DNA of 64,000 bases from Gammaproteobacteria bacterium (GTDB taxonomy: Bacteria; Pseudomonadota; Gammaproteobacteria; Ga0077536). This document shows, piece after piece, positions 29,774-39,727 of the stretch. Both the position numbers and the translations under genes were made by a program. Each line of letters starts with the position of its first letter. Position 1 is the first letter of the stretch. The notes beneath the pieces are model-generated. The model was given only the letters and a program-made list of their open reading frames with translations, searched no databases and had not been told where the DNA came from. Location of the stretch: the NCBI GenBank assembly GCA_009692365.1, contig SHZJ01000003.1, forward strand, positions 65,250-129,249, read 5' to 3'.

Positions 29774-30876
29774 GTATTGGGCTCACGCAACGGCGAGGGC
29801 AGGTTAGTCTGCTCGGCCGCGCGCTGAATGTCCTCAAACAGGGCGAGGCCCAAGTCTTCGCCGATTTGCTCACGCACCATGAAAGCCTCGGGTTCGCGCT
29901 CTATCAGGTTTAGGAACACCTCGACCAGTGCCGGGTCACGCCAGCCTCGGGCGGTTTCCTCACGCAAGATGCGCAAGACCTCGGAGGTGGGCAGCGCCGG
30001 CTTATAAGGACGTGCGAAGGTGAGCGCATCGTAGATATCGCAAATCTGAAACACCCGGGCTAGCAACGAAATATCCTCCCCCTGCAAGCCGTCGGGATAA
30101 CCACTACCGTCCCAGCGCTCGTGATGGGCGCGGATAATCTGCACCGTGAGGCGAAAACTCTTGAGGCCGCCACACAGGCGTTCTCCGATCACCGGATGGG
30201 TCTTCATGACGCCCCATTCAACGGGCGTGAAGCTGCCGGGTTTCAGTAAGATGGCCTCGGGGATACCCAGCTTGCCGATGTCGTGGAGTACCCCACCCCG
30301 CCGCAGCGCAAGCAGTTCCTCGCCGCTCAGCCCCAGCGCTTGCCCGAAACGCACCGAGTACTGCGCCAGACGCGTGCAGTGGTCGCCCGTGTTGCCGTCT
30401 TTCGCTTCCACCATTCGCGCCAGCGCGAACAGCACGGACTCGGCGCTTTCGAGCTGGTCGGTGAGCCGCTTGCGATAGATGGCGCCATCGACGCGCGCTG
30501 AGAATTCTTGGGCGCTGTAGGGCTTATGAATGAAGTCGGACGCCCCGGCGCGCAGCGCGGCAGACAGCACACTGGTGCTGCCGCCGCCGCCCGTCACCAT
30601 CACGATGGGCAGCAACAGGTTGCCCATTTCTTGCCGGATGGTGCGGCACACCGCCTCCCCGTCTAAGCCTGGCAGATGCTTGTCCAGCACCATGACGTCG
30701 AAGTCCTGTTCGCCGAGCAAGGCGAGCGCCTGCTGTCCGTCTGACGCCTCCGACACGTCGTACTTCGGCGCCTGAAGGATGGCTCGACACAGCGCCCGTT
30801 GATCGGGCTCGTCGTCCACAACCAGCACCTTGAACGGGGACTGGTTCTGGCTCAGGTAGTCGGTTACGTTATTCAT
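29770..30876 (-). CDS. response regulator with HD-GYP domain (RpfG-type c-di-GMP phosphodiesterase)
   Basis: Receiver VLVVDDEPDQ...DVMVLDKHLPGLDG, then HD-GYP motifs HDIGKLGIP...HHERWDGSGYP. 4-bp overlap with the upstream kinase gene. Confidence 0.85.
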   Translation of the reverse strand: MNNVTDYLSQNQSPFKVLVVDDEPDQRALCRAILQAPKYDVSEASDGQQALALLGEQDFDVMVLDKHLPGLDGEAVCRTIRQEMGNLLLPIVMVTGGGGSTSVLSAALRAGASDFIHKPYSAQEFSARVDGAIYRKRLTDQLESAESVLFALARMVEAKDGNTGDHCTRLAQYSVRFGQALGLSGEELLALRRGGVLHDIGKLGIPEAILLKPGSFTPVEWGVMKTHPVIGERLCGGLKSFRLTVQIIRAHHERWDGSGYPDGLQGEDISLLARVFQICDIYDALTFARPYKPALPTSEVLRILREETARGWRDPALVEVFLNLIEREPEAFMVREQIGEDLGLALFEDIQRAAEQTNLPSPLREPNT

Positions 30877-31044
30877 GCTTCGGCTTTGCTGTTTCGCTCA
30901 GATTGAGGGCTATTCGCCCAAACCCCACAGCCCGTAGGCTACTGTGAACGCGGGATAAAAAACTAGTAGCGCGGGCACGCCGCGGGCGGATTCAAGACCC
31001 AAGCGGTTCCAGCTGGGTTCAAAAACCCCCGCCTGGCCGGTAGC

Positions 31045-31899
31045 ATGGCCCCCATGAAAATGACCGCCGACCAATTTTTGCGCTGGGACGCAAAATGCAT
31101 CACTCTGCTCGGCATGTCGGGGGTGGGCAAAACCCATCTCTCCAGCCGTTTACGGCTCGCGAACTGGTTCCACTATTCGGCCGATTACCGCATTGGCACA
31201 CGTTATTTAAACGAACCCATCCTCGACAACATCAAGCAGCAGGCCGTGCAAGTGCCCTTCCTGCACGAACTGCTCCGCAGCGACGCCATTTACATCTCGA
31301 ACAACATCACGGTCGATAACCTCGCCGCGGTGCTCAGTTTTCTTGGCAAACTGGGCGGCTCCGCACAAGCAGGTTTACCGCTGGCAGAATTCAAGCGCCG
31401 CCAGCAGCTTTATCGCGACGCCGAGGTGGCCGCGATGCTCGACTTGCCAGAATTCATCACCAAATCGCATGAAATTTATGGTTATCAGCACTTTATAAAC
31501 GATTCGGCCGGCAGCTTGTGTGAACTCGACGAGCCTCGGGTGCTGGAAATCTTGGCGCAACACAGTCTTATCGTGTACCTCGAGGCGACCGCTGACAACG
31601 GCCTCGAACTGGTGCGCCGCGCGGAGGCGGACCCCAAGCCACTGTACTATCCGCCTGCATTTCTCGATCAGCAGCTAGCTTACTTTATGCTAGAGCGTGG
31701 TTTGTCCGAAGTAGGCGCCATCCAACCAGACGACTTTGTGGTGTGGATGTTTCCGCGCCTGTTCGCCGCCCGGGTCCCGCGCTACGAGCGCATCGCGCGC
31801 GAATATGGCTATACCCTGCCCGCCGAGCGCTTGGCGCAAGTCCACACCGAGGCCGATTTCATCCGCTGCATCCAGCAGGTACTGGCAGGCGCTGGCTAG
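31045..31899 (+). CDS. P-loop NTPase (nucleotide/small-molecule kinase-like), uncharacterized
   Basis: Walker A LLGMSGVGKTHLS. Three in-frame ATGs within the first 7 codons, so the start is ambiguous. Confidence 0.55.
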   Translation: MAPMKMTADQFLRWDAKCITLLGMSGVGKTHLSSRLRLANWFHYSADYRIGTRYLNEPILDNIKQQAVQVPFLHELLRSDAIYISNNITVDNLAAVLSFLGKLGGSAQAGLPLAEFKRRQQLYRDAEVAAMLDLPEFITKSHEIYGYQHFINDSAGSLCELDEPRVLEILAQHSLIVYLEATADNGLELVRRAEADPKPLYYPPAFLDQQLAYFMLERGLSEVGAIQPDDFVVWMFPRLFAARVPRYERIAREYGYTLPAERLAQVHTEADFIRCIQQVLAGAG

Positions 31900-31954
31900 C
31901 CTTGCAGCAACCCTGGGCGCGTCCGCCCTTTAAACCGAGGTAGTCCACTAGCCT

Positions 31955-33025
31955 ATGAACCATCCCCGCAAGCCACTCCAGTTGGGGCTGTTCATGCCCA
32001 ACTGCAGCAATATGTCGGCCATCAGCACCTATCGCACCGTCCCTGACGAATGGCCCTACGAATCCAACAAGCGCATCGCGCTGGCGGCCGAAGCGGCGGG
32101 TTTCGATTTTCTCTTTCCAGTCAGCCGGTGGCGCGGCTTCGGCGGTCCCACGGATTATTTAGGTACCTCCCTGGAGACCCTCACGTGGGCGTCGGCGTTG
32201 CTGGCCGTTACCTCGCGCATTCGGGTGTTCTCCACGGTGCACGTGCCGGTGTTCCATCCCGTGGTAGTGGCCAAAATGGGCGCCACGCTAGACCACATCG
32301 GGCAAGGTCGCTGGGGCATCAACTTGGTCAGCGGCTGGAGCCGCGAGGAATTTGAAATGATGGGGGTCGAACTGCTGCCCCACGCGGAACGCTATCAGCG
32401 CACCGCCGCATTCGTGGAAATCCTGCAAGGGCTGTGGACCCAACCGCCGGGGACCTTCAATTACGACAGCCCCTGGTATCAGGTGCGCGGCGGCTATTCG
32501 CTGCCGCAACCCGCCACGCTACCGCCTATCGCCAACGCGGGGGGCTCGCCCGACGCCAAAGCGATGGTGGCGCGGCTATGCGATTGGGCGTTCGTCAGCA
32601 CGCCCAGCATTGCCGCCACCGCCGACATCACCGCCGACATCCGCACCCGAGCGGCGGCTTTCGGGCGCACGGTGCAGTGCGCGGGTTTTCCGTTTGTACT
32701 GTGGCGCGATTCAGAAGACGAAGCGCTGGCCGAAGTCGCGCGGATCATTGCCCACAAAGACGGCGTGGCGGCCGGCAACTGGCTAGACGGTCTGGGTTTG
32801 GGCAGCGGCTCGTTCGACCAGTTCACGCTAGACATGATGGTGCTCGGAGCCGGTGCGCTGCCCGTGATTGGAACCGCTGAACAAGTGGCCAGCAAACTGG
32901 CCGCGCTGTACGCCGGGGGTCTGGACGGCTTGCTGATGGTGTTTCAGGCCTACCACGACGACACCGTGCGCTTTGAACGCGACCTCAGCCCGTTGTTGCG
33001 GGAGATGGGGGTATTGGCGCACTGA
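31955..33025 (+). CDS. LLM-class flavin-dependent monooxygenase (luciferase-like)
   Basis: 356 aa, LLM family pattern (GINLVSGW, FPFVLWRDSEDEA). Confidence 0.75.
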   Translation: MNHPRKPLQLGLFMPNCSNMSAISTYRTVPDEWPYESNKRIALAAEAAGFDFLFPVSRWRGFGGPTDYLGTSLETLTWASALLAVTSRIRVFSTVHVPVFHPVVVAKMGATLDHIGQGRWGINLVSGWSREEFEMMGVELLPHAERYQRTAAFVEILQGLWTQPPGTFNYDSPWYQVRGGYSLPQPATLPPIANAGGSPDAKAMVARLCDWAFVSTPSIAATADITADIRTRAAAFGRTVQCAGFPFVLWRDSEDEALAEVARIIAHKDGVAAGNWLDGLGLGSGSFDQFTLDMMVLGAGALPVIGTAEQVASKLAALYAGGLDGLLMVFQAYHDDTVRFERDLSPLLREMGVLAH

Positions 33026-33116
33026 GTGGGCAACGGGCGCGCGGGGCGGGCGCGCGGGGGCCAACGCAAGCCGCTGAGTCCCGGGCAAACCGCGGCTAAG
33101 GTCAGCCCCCTGCCGG

Positions 33117-35522
33117 CTATTGCCCGGCCGCGAACAGTGCCGGGTCCACGCCCTCGCCCACCAGCAAATCGCGCCGTTGCACAAAGCGCGGTTTCACTAA
33201 CCACACCAACAGCGGGAGCACCACCAGCGAGAGCACCATGTTGATGGCCATGATGACAATCAACAGCAGGCCCATGTCGGCCACAAACTTAAGTCCCGAC
33301 CAAATCCACGGCGCGATACCCAGCGCCATGATGGTGGCAGTGAACAGAATGGCCTTGCCGGTGGTGCGCAGCGCGCCGGTTATCGCAACTTCCCAGTCGC
33401 CGCTCGCGTGGTATTCCTCACAGATGCGCGACAGCAGATAAATGCCGTAGTCGATGCCAACGCCCAAGCCGATGGCCGCGACGATGAGGGAATTGGTGTC
33501 CAAGCCCACGCCCAGCAAATGCATGGCCGCGTAGAGCACCTCATTGGCCAGATTGACCGGAACCAGTAACAACAATCCCGCGACCGATGAGCGATAGGCC
33601 AGGCTGCAGGTGATTAGGATGAAGACATTAAGTACCAGTACCACCACCCAGTGGTAGCGCTCTACCACATGATTGACGGCCTGTTGGAGCGGGATCGTGC
33701 CGGTGCCCAGTCGGACGGTAAACGTTTTGTGATCCCTGCCCACGGCTTGCACCGCCACTGCCGCCGCCGCCAGTGCGGCGTCCACAGTTTCTTGCTTGTT
33801 GTCGCGATACCACAGCGAGACCGTGCCATCCAGCCATTTCTCATCCACCACGTGACCGAAATTTTTGGCACTCGTGCCCATAGTCACCGCAAATGAGGCT
33901 GCGCTAGCGGCCTGATCGCTGGGGTCCAGAACGATCCATTTGGGATTGCCGCCGTTGAACAGCCGATTGCCTTCGCTGACGTAATCACCAAAAGACAGCG
34001 TGGCACGGGGTGGATCATCACCCTGCTCCATCAGCACCTGCAGGCGGCGCATGGTGGCTAGCATGTCGTACTTCTGCACGAGCAAATCCGTGCTCTGGCG
34101 GTCTTTCGCCTCCAAGACGATTTCTAAAGTGTTAACGCCCGGAAAATGCGCGTTGATCTGCCGCACCGCCGTGTTGAATTCGGAGTCGTGCCAAAACAAA
34201 CCCGACCCTTCCACCGGGTTACCAATGCGAATCTGCGCCGCCGTGTAAACGGCAAGCCCGCCGGCGACCAGCACGACCAGCGCGGTGTAACGCGCGCGCC
34301 GGCCCACCGTGATCCCCGCAATCGACCCCAGCAGGTTCTGCAAACGCCGGTGAAATCCGGGGGTCTGACCGCGCCCTATCAGGCGCGCGGCATTGCGCGG
34401 GGCGGGCAACGTCGCCAATAACAAAGAGATCAAAACCACCCCCGTGGGGATTAGCCAAACCGCCCACATGCCGCAGAAAATAGCGTGGCGAACCATCGCC
34501 GGGATCGGCGCGAAGACGACGATAAAAATGCCCAGAATGTCGGTGATGATGCCCAAAATACTGGGCGCCATCATCACCCCCATGGTGAGCTCCGCCGCCC
34601 GGCTACGATCACCCACCTGCGCGTAAATCTCATAGAACCGCTCCGTAAACTGCACGCAATGTGAAAACGAGCGGGCGGTGAGCAGCAGCGGTACGACCAT
34701 CAGCAAGGGTTCGATAGAAATGTCCAACCAGCCCACCAAACCAAACGCCCAGACGCCCGCGGTGGCACTGGTAATGATGGGCGTGATGACCCCCACCAGA
34801 TTGCGCATATACAACACCAAGGCGCCGATGAGCGCACACAGCGTGACGGCGAAAATCATGACCATCTGCCATTCGTATTGATACACCCAGCCGATGAGCA
34901 CCGGTTGCCCGGCGAGATAAACCTCGTGGTGCTCATCGCGCGCGGCCTGTACCAGTTTTTGCAGATGCTCGAACGCCAGCCCGTAATCGAGCCGGTGTTC
35001 GATAAAAGTGGCCGTGATCAAGGTGGCCGTATCGTCGCGTGAAATCAGAAACACCCGCGCGTTCGGGGCTTTGTCCACCAGCAGATGAAAACGCGTAAGC
35101 TCCTCGGCGCTGCGGGGCGCACGGTCGGTCATCAGCGGGCGCATGTCGATGCCGTTGGCGGTGGATTCGCTGTAGCGCGCTTTGCTGCTGGCGAGCGAGA
35201 GGATCATGTCGTGGTCGACCCCCGGCACCAGGTCGATATCACGGGTGAACTGCCAAACCTTGGCCAGGGTATCGGCGTTATAGATATCGCCGTCGCGGCG
35301 CTTGATCATCACCGCGACGGTCAGCGGATTGCCAAATCCGGGGTGATCTTTATAGACCTGCACGTAGGGATCGTCGGTGGGCAGGAGGTCTGAAAAAATC
35401 GTCCGCAGATGGACGCGCGGCAAGCCTGCGGCAAAGAAAGCGGTCACCACGATAAAAAACAGCCAGGCTGCAGGGCGGTGCGCCAATACCCAATGGGCCA
35501 GCCGGTAACGAAGTGCGTACAT
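33117..35522 (-). CDS. MMPL/RND-superfamily exporter (two 6-TM bundles with large periplasmic loops; HpnN/MmpL-like)
   Basis: 801 aa, duplicated 12-TM RND architecture, no AcrB-type docking motifs. Confidence 0.8.
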   Translation of the reverse strand: MYALRYRLAHWVLAHRPAAWLFFIVVTAFFAAGLPRVHLRTIFSDLLPTDDPYVQVYKDHPGFGNPLTVAVMIKRRDGDIYNADTLAKVWQFTRDIDLVPGVDHDMILSLASSKARYSESTANGIDMRPLMTDRAPRSAEELTRFHLLVDKAPNARVFLISRDDTATLITATFIEHRLDYGLAFEHLQKLVQAARDEHHEVYLAGQPVLIGWVYQYEWQMVMIFAVTLCALIGALVLYMRNLVGVITPIITSATAGVWAFGLVGWLDISIEPLLMVVPLLLTARSFSHCVQFTERFYEIYAQVGDRSRAAELTMGVMMAPSILGIITDILGIFIVVFAPIPAMVRHAIFCGMWAVWLIPTGVVLISLLLATLPAPRNAARLIGRGQTPGFHRRLQNLLGSIAGITVGRRARYTALVVLVAGGLAVYTAAQIRIGNPVEGSGLFWHDSEFNTAVRQINAHFPGVNTLEIVLEAKDRQSTDLLVQKYDMLATMRRLQVLMEQGDDPPRATLSFGDYVSEGNRLFNGGNPKWIVLDPSDQAASAASFAVTMGTSAKNFGHVVDEKWLDGTVSLWYRDNKQETVDAALAAAAVAVQAVGRDHKTFTVRLGTGTIPLQQAVNHVVERYHWVVVLVLNVFILITCSLAYRSSVAGLLLLVPVNLANEVLYAAMHLLGVGLDTNSLIVAAIGLGVGIDYGIYLLSRICEEYHASGDWEVAITGALRTTGKAILFTATIMALGIAPWIWSGLKFVADMGLLLIVIMAINMVLSLVVLPLLVWLVKPRFVQRRDLLVGEGVDPALFAAGQ

Positions 35523-35738
35523 GGTGAGCTAATCCAATTTGGAGAAAATGCAGGAAGGGCCTGCAAGACGCAGGGAAATTACCCCATTCGAGGGGGGGAA
35601 AACAAATTAAAAACGAGCGTCCTGTCCACCAGCGGAGTCGTCCCGTACACTCTCGCCGCCGCCCCTCAGATCCCCCCCGACGACCACCCACTTGAATCGA
35701 CCTTTCATTGCCGCAGCCGTAGTGTCTGGTGACTACGC

Positions 35739-36670
35739 TTGAAACAGTCTTTTGCGGCAGGTTTAGTAGCCTGTTTCGCCGCCGTGTTGTTGTGGGGGGC
35801 GCAGTTGCCAATCGCGAAGGATACTTTCTCGACGCTGGATCCCTACACCACGACCGTGCTTCGCTATGCCATTGCCACGCTTTTGCTGGTGCCGGTCTTA
35901 GTGGTCCGCGAGGGCTGGTCCGCCCTGCGCTACGGCAACCGGCTGGGGCTGGTTAGCACGCTGGGCATTTTTGGCATGAGCGCCTCCCCGCTGTGGGTCT
36001 TTGTGGGGATGTCTTGGTCGCGCGCGGAGCACACCGTGGTGATCGTCGCGCTGCAACCCTCCCTGACGGCCCTCCCGCAGTGGCTGATTTATGGGACCAA
36101 GCCGGCCCGTTTTACCCTGGGTTGTATCGGCTTGGCGCTGCTGGGTGTCGTGCTCGTGGTCACGAAAGGCCAACCGACTTTTGCCGGGGCCGATGCCGAA
36201 CTCGCCGGCAGCGCTTTGGTATTATTGGGTGGGCTATGTTGGGTCGTGTACACCCTCGGCACGCCGCGCCTCGATGGCTGGTCAGTGTGGCGGGTTACCG
36301 TTCTGACGATGATCCCGGGTGGGCTGGCCAGCCTCCTCGTCACCGTCTGGTTGGTGGACCATGGCCTGCTGGCCCGCCGGATCCCGCAGCCGTTTGGAGC
36401 GTCCGCTGGGAGTTGTCGTATCTGAGCGTCGCCGGCGTGTTGGTGGGGATGCTGGCTTGGAATTTTGGCACTCGCCGCGTTGGGCCCCTGAACGCCACTT
36501 TGTTTATCAACTTTATGCCGGTAATGACGTTCGCTTTTCGTGGGCTACAGGGCTATCGCTTTGCGGCCATCGAACTGCTGGGGGCCACGTTGGTGGTGGC
36601 GGCGCTGGTGGCGAACAACCTCTATTTGCGGGCGAAGTACCTCCGGCGCCTGGCCGCTCCCAGCGTTTAG
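35739..36670 (+). pseudogene. DMT-family (EamA) transporter, TTG start and frame interrupted by an apparent 1-nt deletion near 36365-36395
   Basis: ORF 35739..36425 (first EamA domain) and ORF 35993..36670 (second EamA domain ...LFINFMPVMTFAF...LGATLVVAALVANN) lie in frames 0 and 2. The junction lies in ggcccgccggatcccgcagccg. Confidence 0.6.
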
Positions 36671-36691
36671 CCGCGCCACTGGCTGGGCAAA

Positions 36692-37573
36692 TCACGCCGC
36701 GACGGGCACCGTCCGGGTAAGGAAATCGATCACGTAGCGACCAAAAATATCGTTGCGGTCGCCGGCCACCATGTGGCCCGCATCCGTGATGTTGACGTAT
36801 TCGCTGCGGGGGCACAAAGCCAGAAACTCCGCCGCGCCGGCTTCACTCAGGACATCCGACAAACCACCGCGCACCAGCAGGGTGGGTAGATCCAGCGCCA
36901 CCGCGCAGGCCTCTAGGCGCACTAGGCGCTTGTCCATTTCGCGCCGCATGCTCATAAAACGGGGGTCCCAGTGCCAGCGAAATTTACCGACCGGCGTGCG
37001 CCGCAGATTTTTGGCGAGCCCCGCGAGGTCTTTGGGCGCCTGCCGGTGTGGCTGATAGGCGGCGATCGCGAGCGCGACTTCTTCCAGCGTATCGAAACCC
37101 TCGGGTCGCTGGTCCATGAACTGCTGAATCTTCAAAACCCCTGCCGGCTCGACGCGCGGCGCAATATCGACCAGCACCAACGCCGCGGCCTGCACCCGAC
37201 CTTCACCGGTGGCCACGAGACTGGTCACCCCGCCCATCGAGGCGCCCACCAACACCGGCCGGCGACCGCCCAGCGCCTTGAGTACGCAGCTCAGGTCCTC
37301 CACCATGAGGTCTTGGCCGTACAGACCATCGGGCGCCCAATCGGAGTCGCCGTGGCCACGCGCGTCGATGGCGACCGCGTAATAGCCCACGGCGCCCAGA
37401 GTCTCCCCCACATTTTTCCACGCGTGGCGGGTTTGTCCGCCGCCGTGCTGGAGCACGACCAAAGGTCCGCTTGCGGTGCCCCAACTGTCCCCGGCGATCA
37501 TCACGCCTTGCGCACCCGGCCAGCGGTGCATGGGATCGGGGGTGCCTGGAAGTCTCTCGTCTGCGCTAATCAT
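36692..37573 (-). CDS. alpha/beta-fold hydrolase
   Basis: ORF 36692..37696, trimmed to the Met at 37573 (MISADERLPG...). Nucleophile elbow GASMGG. Confidence 0.7.
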   Translation of the reverse strand: MISADERLPGTPDPMHRWPGAQGVMIAGDSWGTASGPLVVLQHGGGQTRHAWKNVGETLGAVGYYAVAIDARGHGDSDWAPDGLYGQDLMVEDLSCVLKALGGRRPVLVGASMGGVTSLVATGEGRVQAAALVLVDIAPRVEPAGVLKIQQFMDQRPEGFDTLEEVALAIAAYQPHRQAPKDLAGLAKNLRRTPVGKFRWHWDPRFMSMRREMDKRLVRLEACAVALDLPTLLVRGGLSDVLSEAGAAEFLALCPRSEYVNITDAGHMVAGDRNDIFGRYVIDFLTRTVPVAA

Positions 37574-37619
37574 TGGGTGCTCGATTCTGTGTGAAGGGTG
37601 TCGACATTGTCGGACGATT

Positions 37620-37653
37620 ACGCCGGGCGTCAAGCTGCGCGCGAAAGCGCAGC
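37620..37653. promoter_or_regulatory. two adjacent perfect inverted repeats (acgcc-g-ggcgt, and gctgcgc-N6-gcgcagc) 50-80 bp upstream of the hydrolase start: candidate operator
   Basis: Seen directly in sequence. Confidence 0.3.
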
Positions 37654-37748
37654 CACCGCGCAGTGCATTGGTGGAATAATCTGTGGCTTCAAGCACACCT
37701 GACTAATATCGCTCACCGGGAAGCAGCACCTGGGCACTGTCACGCAAG

Positions 37749-38327
37749 TTGTTGAAGATGGGCTCGCAACCGGTACATTTACGAATTCACCTAAGGGGTT
37801 TTTTTCGAGTGACAGGATGGCCCAACTGGGTCGCAGCATGGCTGCGTTACAGCGCGACCCCCGGCGTGCGGGCGATTATTTTCACCGGCGGCCGGCCGGA
37901 TGTTCTCATCCGGCACTGTTCGGTGGAAGAAACCAGCGGGAGATCGGCGGCGCTGCAAGAGCGTCGCGCGAGCGGTCTGCCAGACACCCGTTTAGCCCGC
38001 CCGGTAGGCACCGGCAAGGCGCTAGCATGGGTGCTGCGCGGGCGTACTTGCCATCCCGAAGCAGCGTCGCGCGAAGGTCTGGTGCCTCACCATGAGGCGG
38101 GCGATGTGCTGGTCGCGGCGGGCGCCATGGCCCGGCAATTTCGCGCCCAGCCGGCGACCGCTTTAACCGATATCCAGCAGGTCTTACGCGCCAGCCACCG
38201 GCGGCCCACGGCCGCGGGCGTGGATGAGGACAGCGATTTGTTCGCTAATCTCATGGCCCAAAACGAATGCGGCGTCGACATGATGCGGCAATACGTTGCG
38301 GGCGACCATCAACTCAAAAAATACTGA
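37749..38327 (+). CDS. hypothetical ORF with crotonase-like C-terminal segment, possibly a degraded enoyl-CoA hydratase remnant
   Basis: Segments RAIIFTGG, RPVGTGKALAWVL, and LVAAGAMARQFRAQPATALTDIQQVLRAS resemble crotonase helices, but the conserved core is not intact in any single frame. Confidence 0.25.
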   Translation: MLKMGSQPVHLRIHLRGFFRVTGWPNWVAAWLRYSATPGVRAIIFTGGRPDVLIRHCSVEETSGRSAALQERRASGLPDTRLARPVGTGKALAWVLRGRTCHPEAASREGLVPHHEAGDVLVAAGAMARQFRAQPATALTDIQQVLRASHRRPTAAGVDEDSDLFANLMAQNECGVDMMRQYVAGDHQLKKY

Positions 38328-38331
38328 GCGC

Positions 38332-38895
38332 TTAACGGCGCAGGAGACGGCCCAGCGCAAGGCGGGTGGATTCGAAAGCAATCCGCGAAGGATCCACCGC
38401 CGAGGGCGCCAGCCACTCCAGAGCGGTCGCCTCGTCGTTAGGCACAAAGGGCACACGGTGGGGCACGCTACAGCTAAAAAACACATCCACCGTGCTGTAG
38501 CGCACGCCATGAAAAAGATAGCGATTGGGAATTGAAAAAAGATAACCGAGCCCCTGTGGCTCAAAACCCACCTCCTCCCGGGTTTCGCGCACTAGCGCTG
38601 CTTCGAGCGATTCATCGCGCTCGACAAATCCGCCCGGCAGGTCGAGCAGACCCGCGCCGGGCTCTTGGGCGCGGGTAATCCATGCCACGGCACCGGCGTG
38701 TTCAATCACCGCCGAAACCGCGACAGCCGTGTTGTGGAAATAGGTATGCCCACATTCAGAACAGCCGTAGAGCTTGTGGTCCAGGGTTTCCAAGGCGGCG
38801 TTGCCGCAGCTCGGGCAGTAGTAGCGGCGCGCCAACGCCCGCGCTACCGCGCCTGGGTCGGATGAGGGTCCTTCAGGCACGGGCGGTCGACCCAC
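38332..38895 (-). CDS. NUDIX hydrolase with N-terminal zinc ribbon
   Basis: CPSCG...CSECGH then Nudix box GGFVERDESLEAALVRETREEVG. 23-nt overlap with the upstream SDR gene, so the start is uncertain. Confidence 0.7.
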   Translation of the reverse strand: MGRPPVPEGPSSDPGAVARALARRYYCPSCGNAALETLDHKLYGCSECGHTYFHNTAVAVSAVIEHAGAVAWITRAQEPGAGLLDLPGGFVERDESLEAALVRETREEVGFEPQGLGYLFSIPNRYLFHGVRYSTVDVFFSCSVPHRVPFVPNDEATALEWLAPSAVDPSRIAFESTRLALGRLLRR

Positions 38896-39655
38896 CGTCT
38901 ACCGTGAGGATGGTACCCGTGCAGTAAGAAGCCTCGTCTGAAGCCAGATAAAGGCAGGCATACGCCACTTCTTCAGGGGTTGCGGGGCGTCCCATGGGGG
39001 CAATGAGCTTGGGATTCTCAGGCGAGAACAACATGCCCAACACGCTTTCTACCATCTGCGTTTGGACAAAACCCGGCGCCACCACGTTACAGCGGATGTT
39101 GTCATCCACATACGCCACCGACATCGAGCGCGTGAGGTTGATAATGGCGCCCTTGGTCGCGGTATAGGTGTGTGCGTCGGGCGCGCCCCCCATGCCAAAA
39201 ATGCTGGCCACGTTGACTATCGAGCCTTTGCCCTGAGCCTTCATCTGGCGCAGCACCAGCCGCGAAACGTAAAAAACGCTGTCGAGGTTCAGCGCCATCA
39301 CCTCGCGCCATTTGTCGATGGGCGTGCTGTGGACAGGGTCCATAGAGCCAATGCTGGTTTCCCGCAGGTTGTAACCGACCCCCGCCGCGTTGAGCAGGAT
39401 ATCGATGCGCCCGTATTGCGCCACGCAGGCACCGATCGCCGCCTCTACCTGTTCTGGCTGCGAGAGGTCGGCGCTGAACATCCTGCCGCGACCGCCGGCG
39501 GTGGTGATAATCCCGAGCGTAGCCTCGAGGTTAGCCTGCGTGCGCGAGATCCCGAACACCGTCGCGCCCTCTTTCGCAAACATCACCGCGCAGGCGCGGC
39601 CGATGCCCGTGCCTGCCCCGGTGACCAACGCGATCTTGCCGTCCAAACGTCCCAT
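38873..39655 (-). CDS. SDR-family short-chain dehydrogenase/reductase
   Basis: TGAGTGIG cofactor motif and the YxxxK catalytic region. Confidence 0.85.
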   Translation of the reverse strand: MGRLDGKIALVTGAGTGIGRACAVMFAKEGATVFGISRTQANLEATLGIITTAGGRGRMFSADLSQPEQVEAAIGACVAQYGRIDILLNAAGVGYNLRETSIGSMDPVHSTPIDKWREVMALNLDSVFYVSRLVLRQMKAQGKGSIVNVASIFGMGGAPDAHTYTATKGAIINLTRSMSVAYVDDNIRCNVVAPGFVQTQMVESVLGMLFSPENPKLIAPMGRPATPEEVAYACLYLASDEASYCTGTILTVDGGSTARA

Positions 39656-39727
39656 GCTGGTTCCTCTTAATCTCTATTTTGGTTAGCTACTGCAGCCGGC
39701 CGAGGTCGGCCCGCCGCGGTGCACGGT

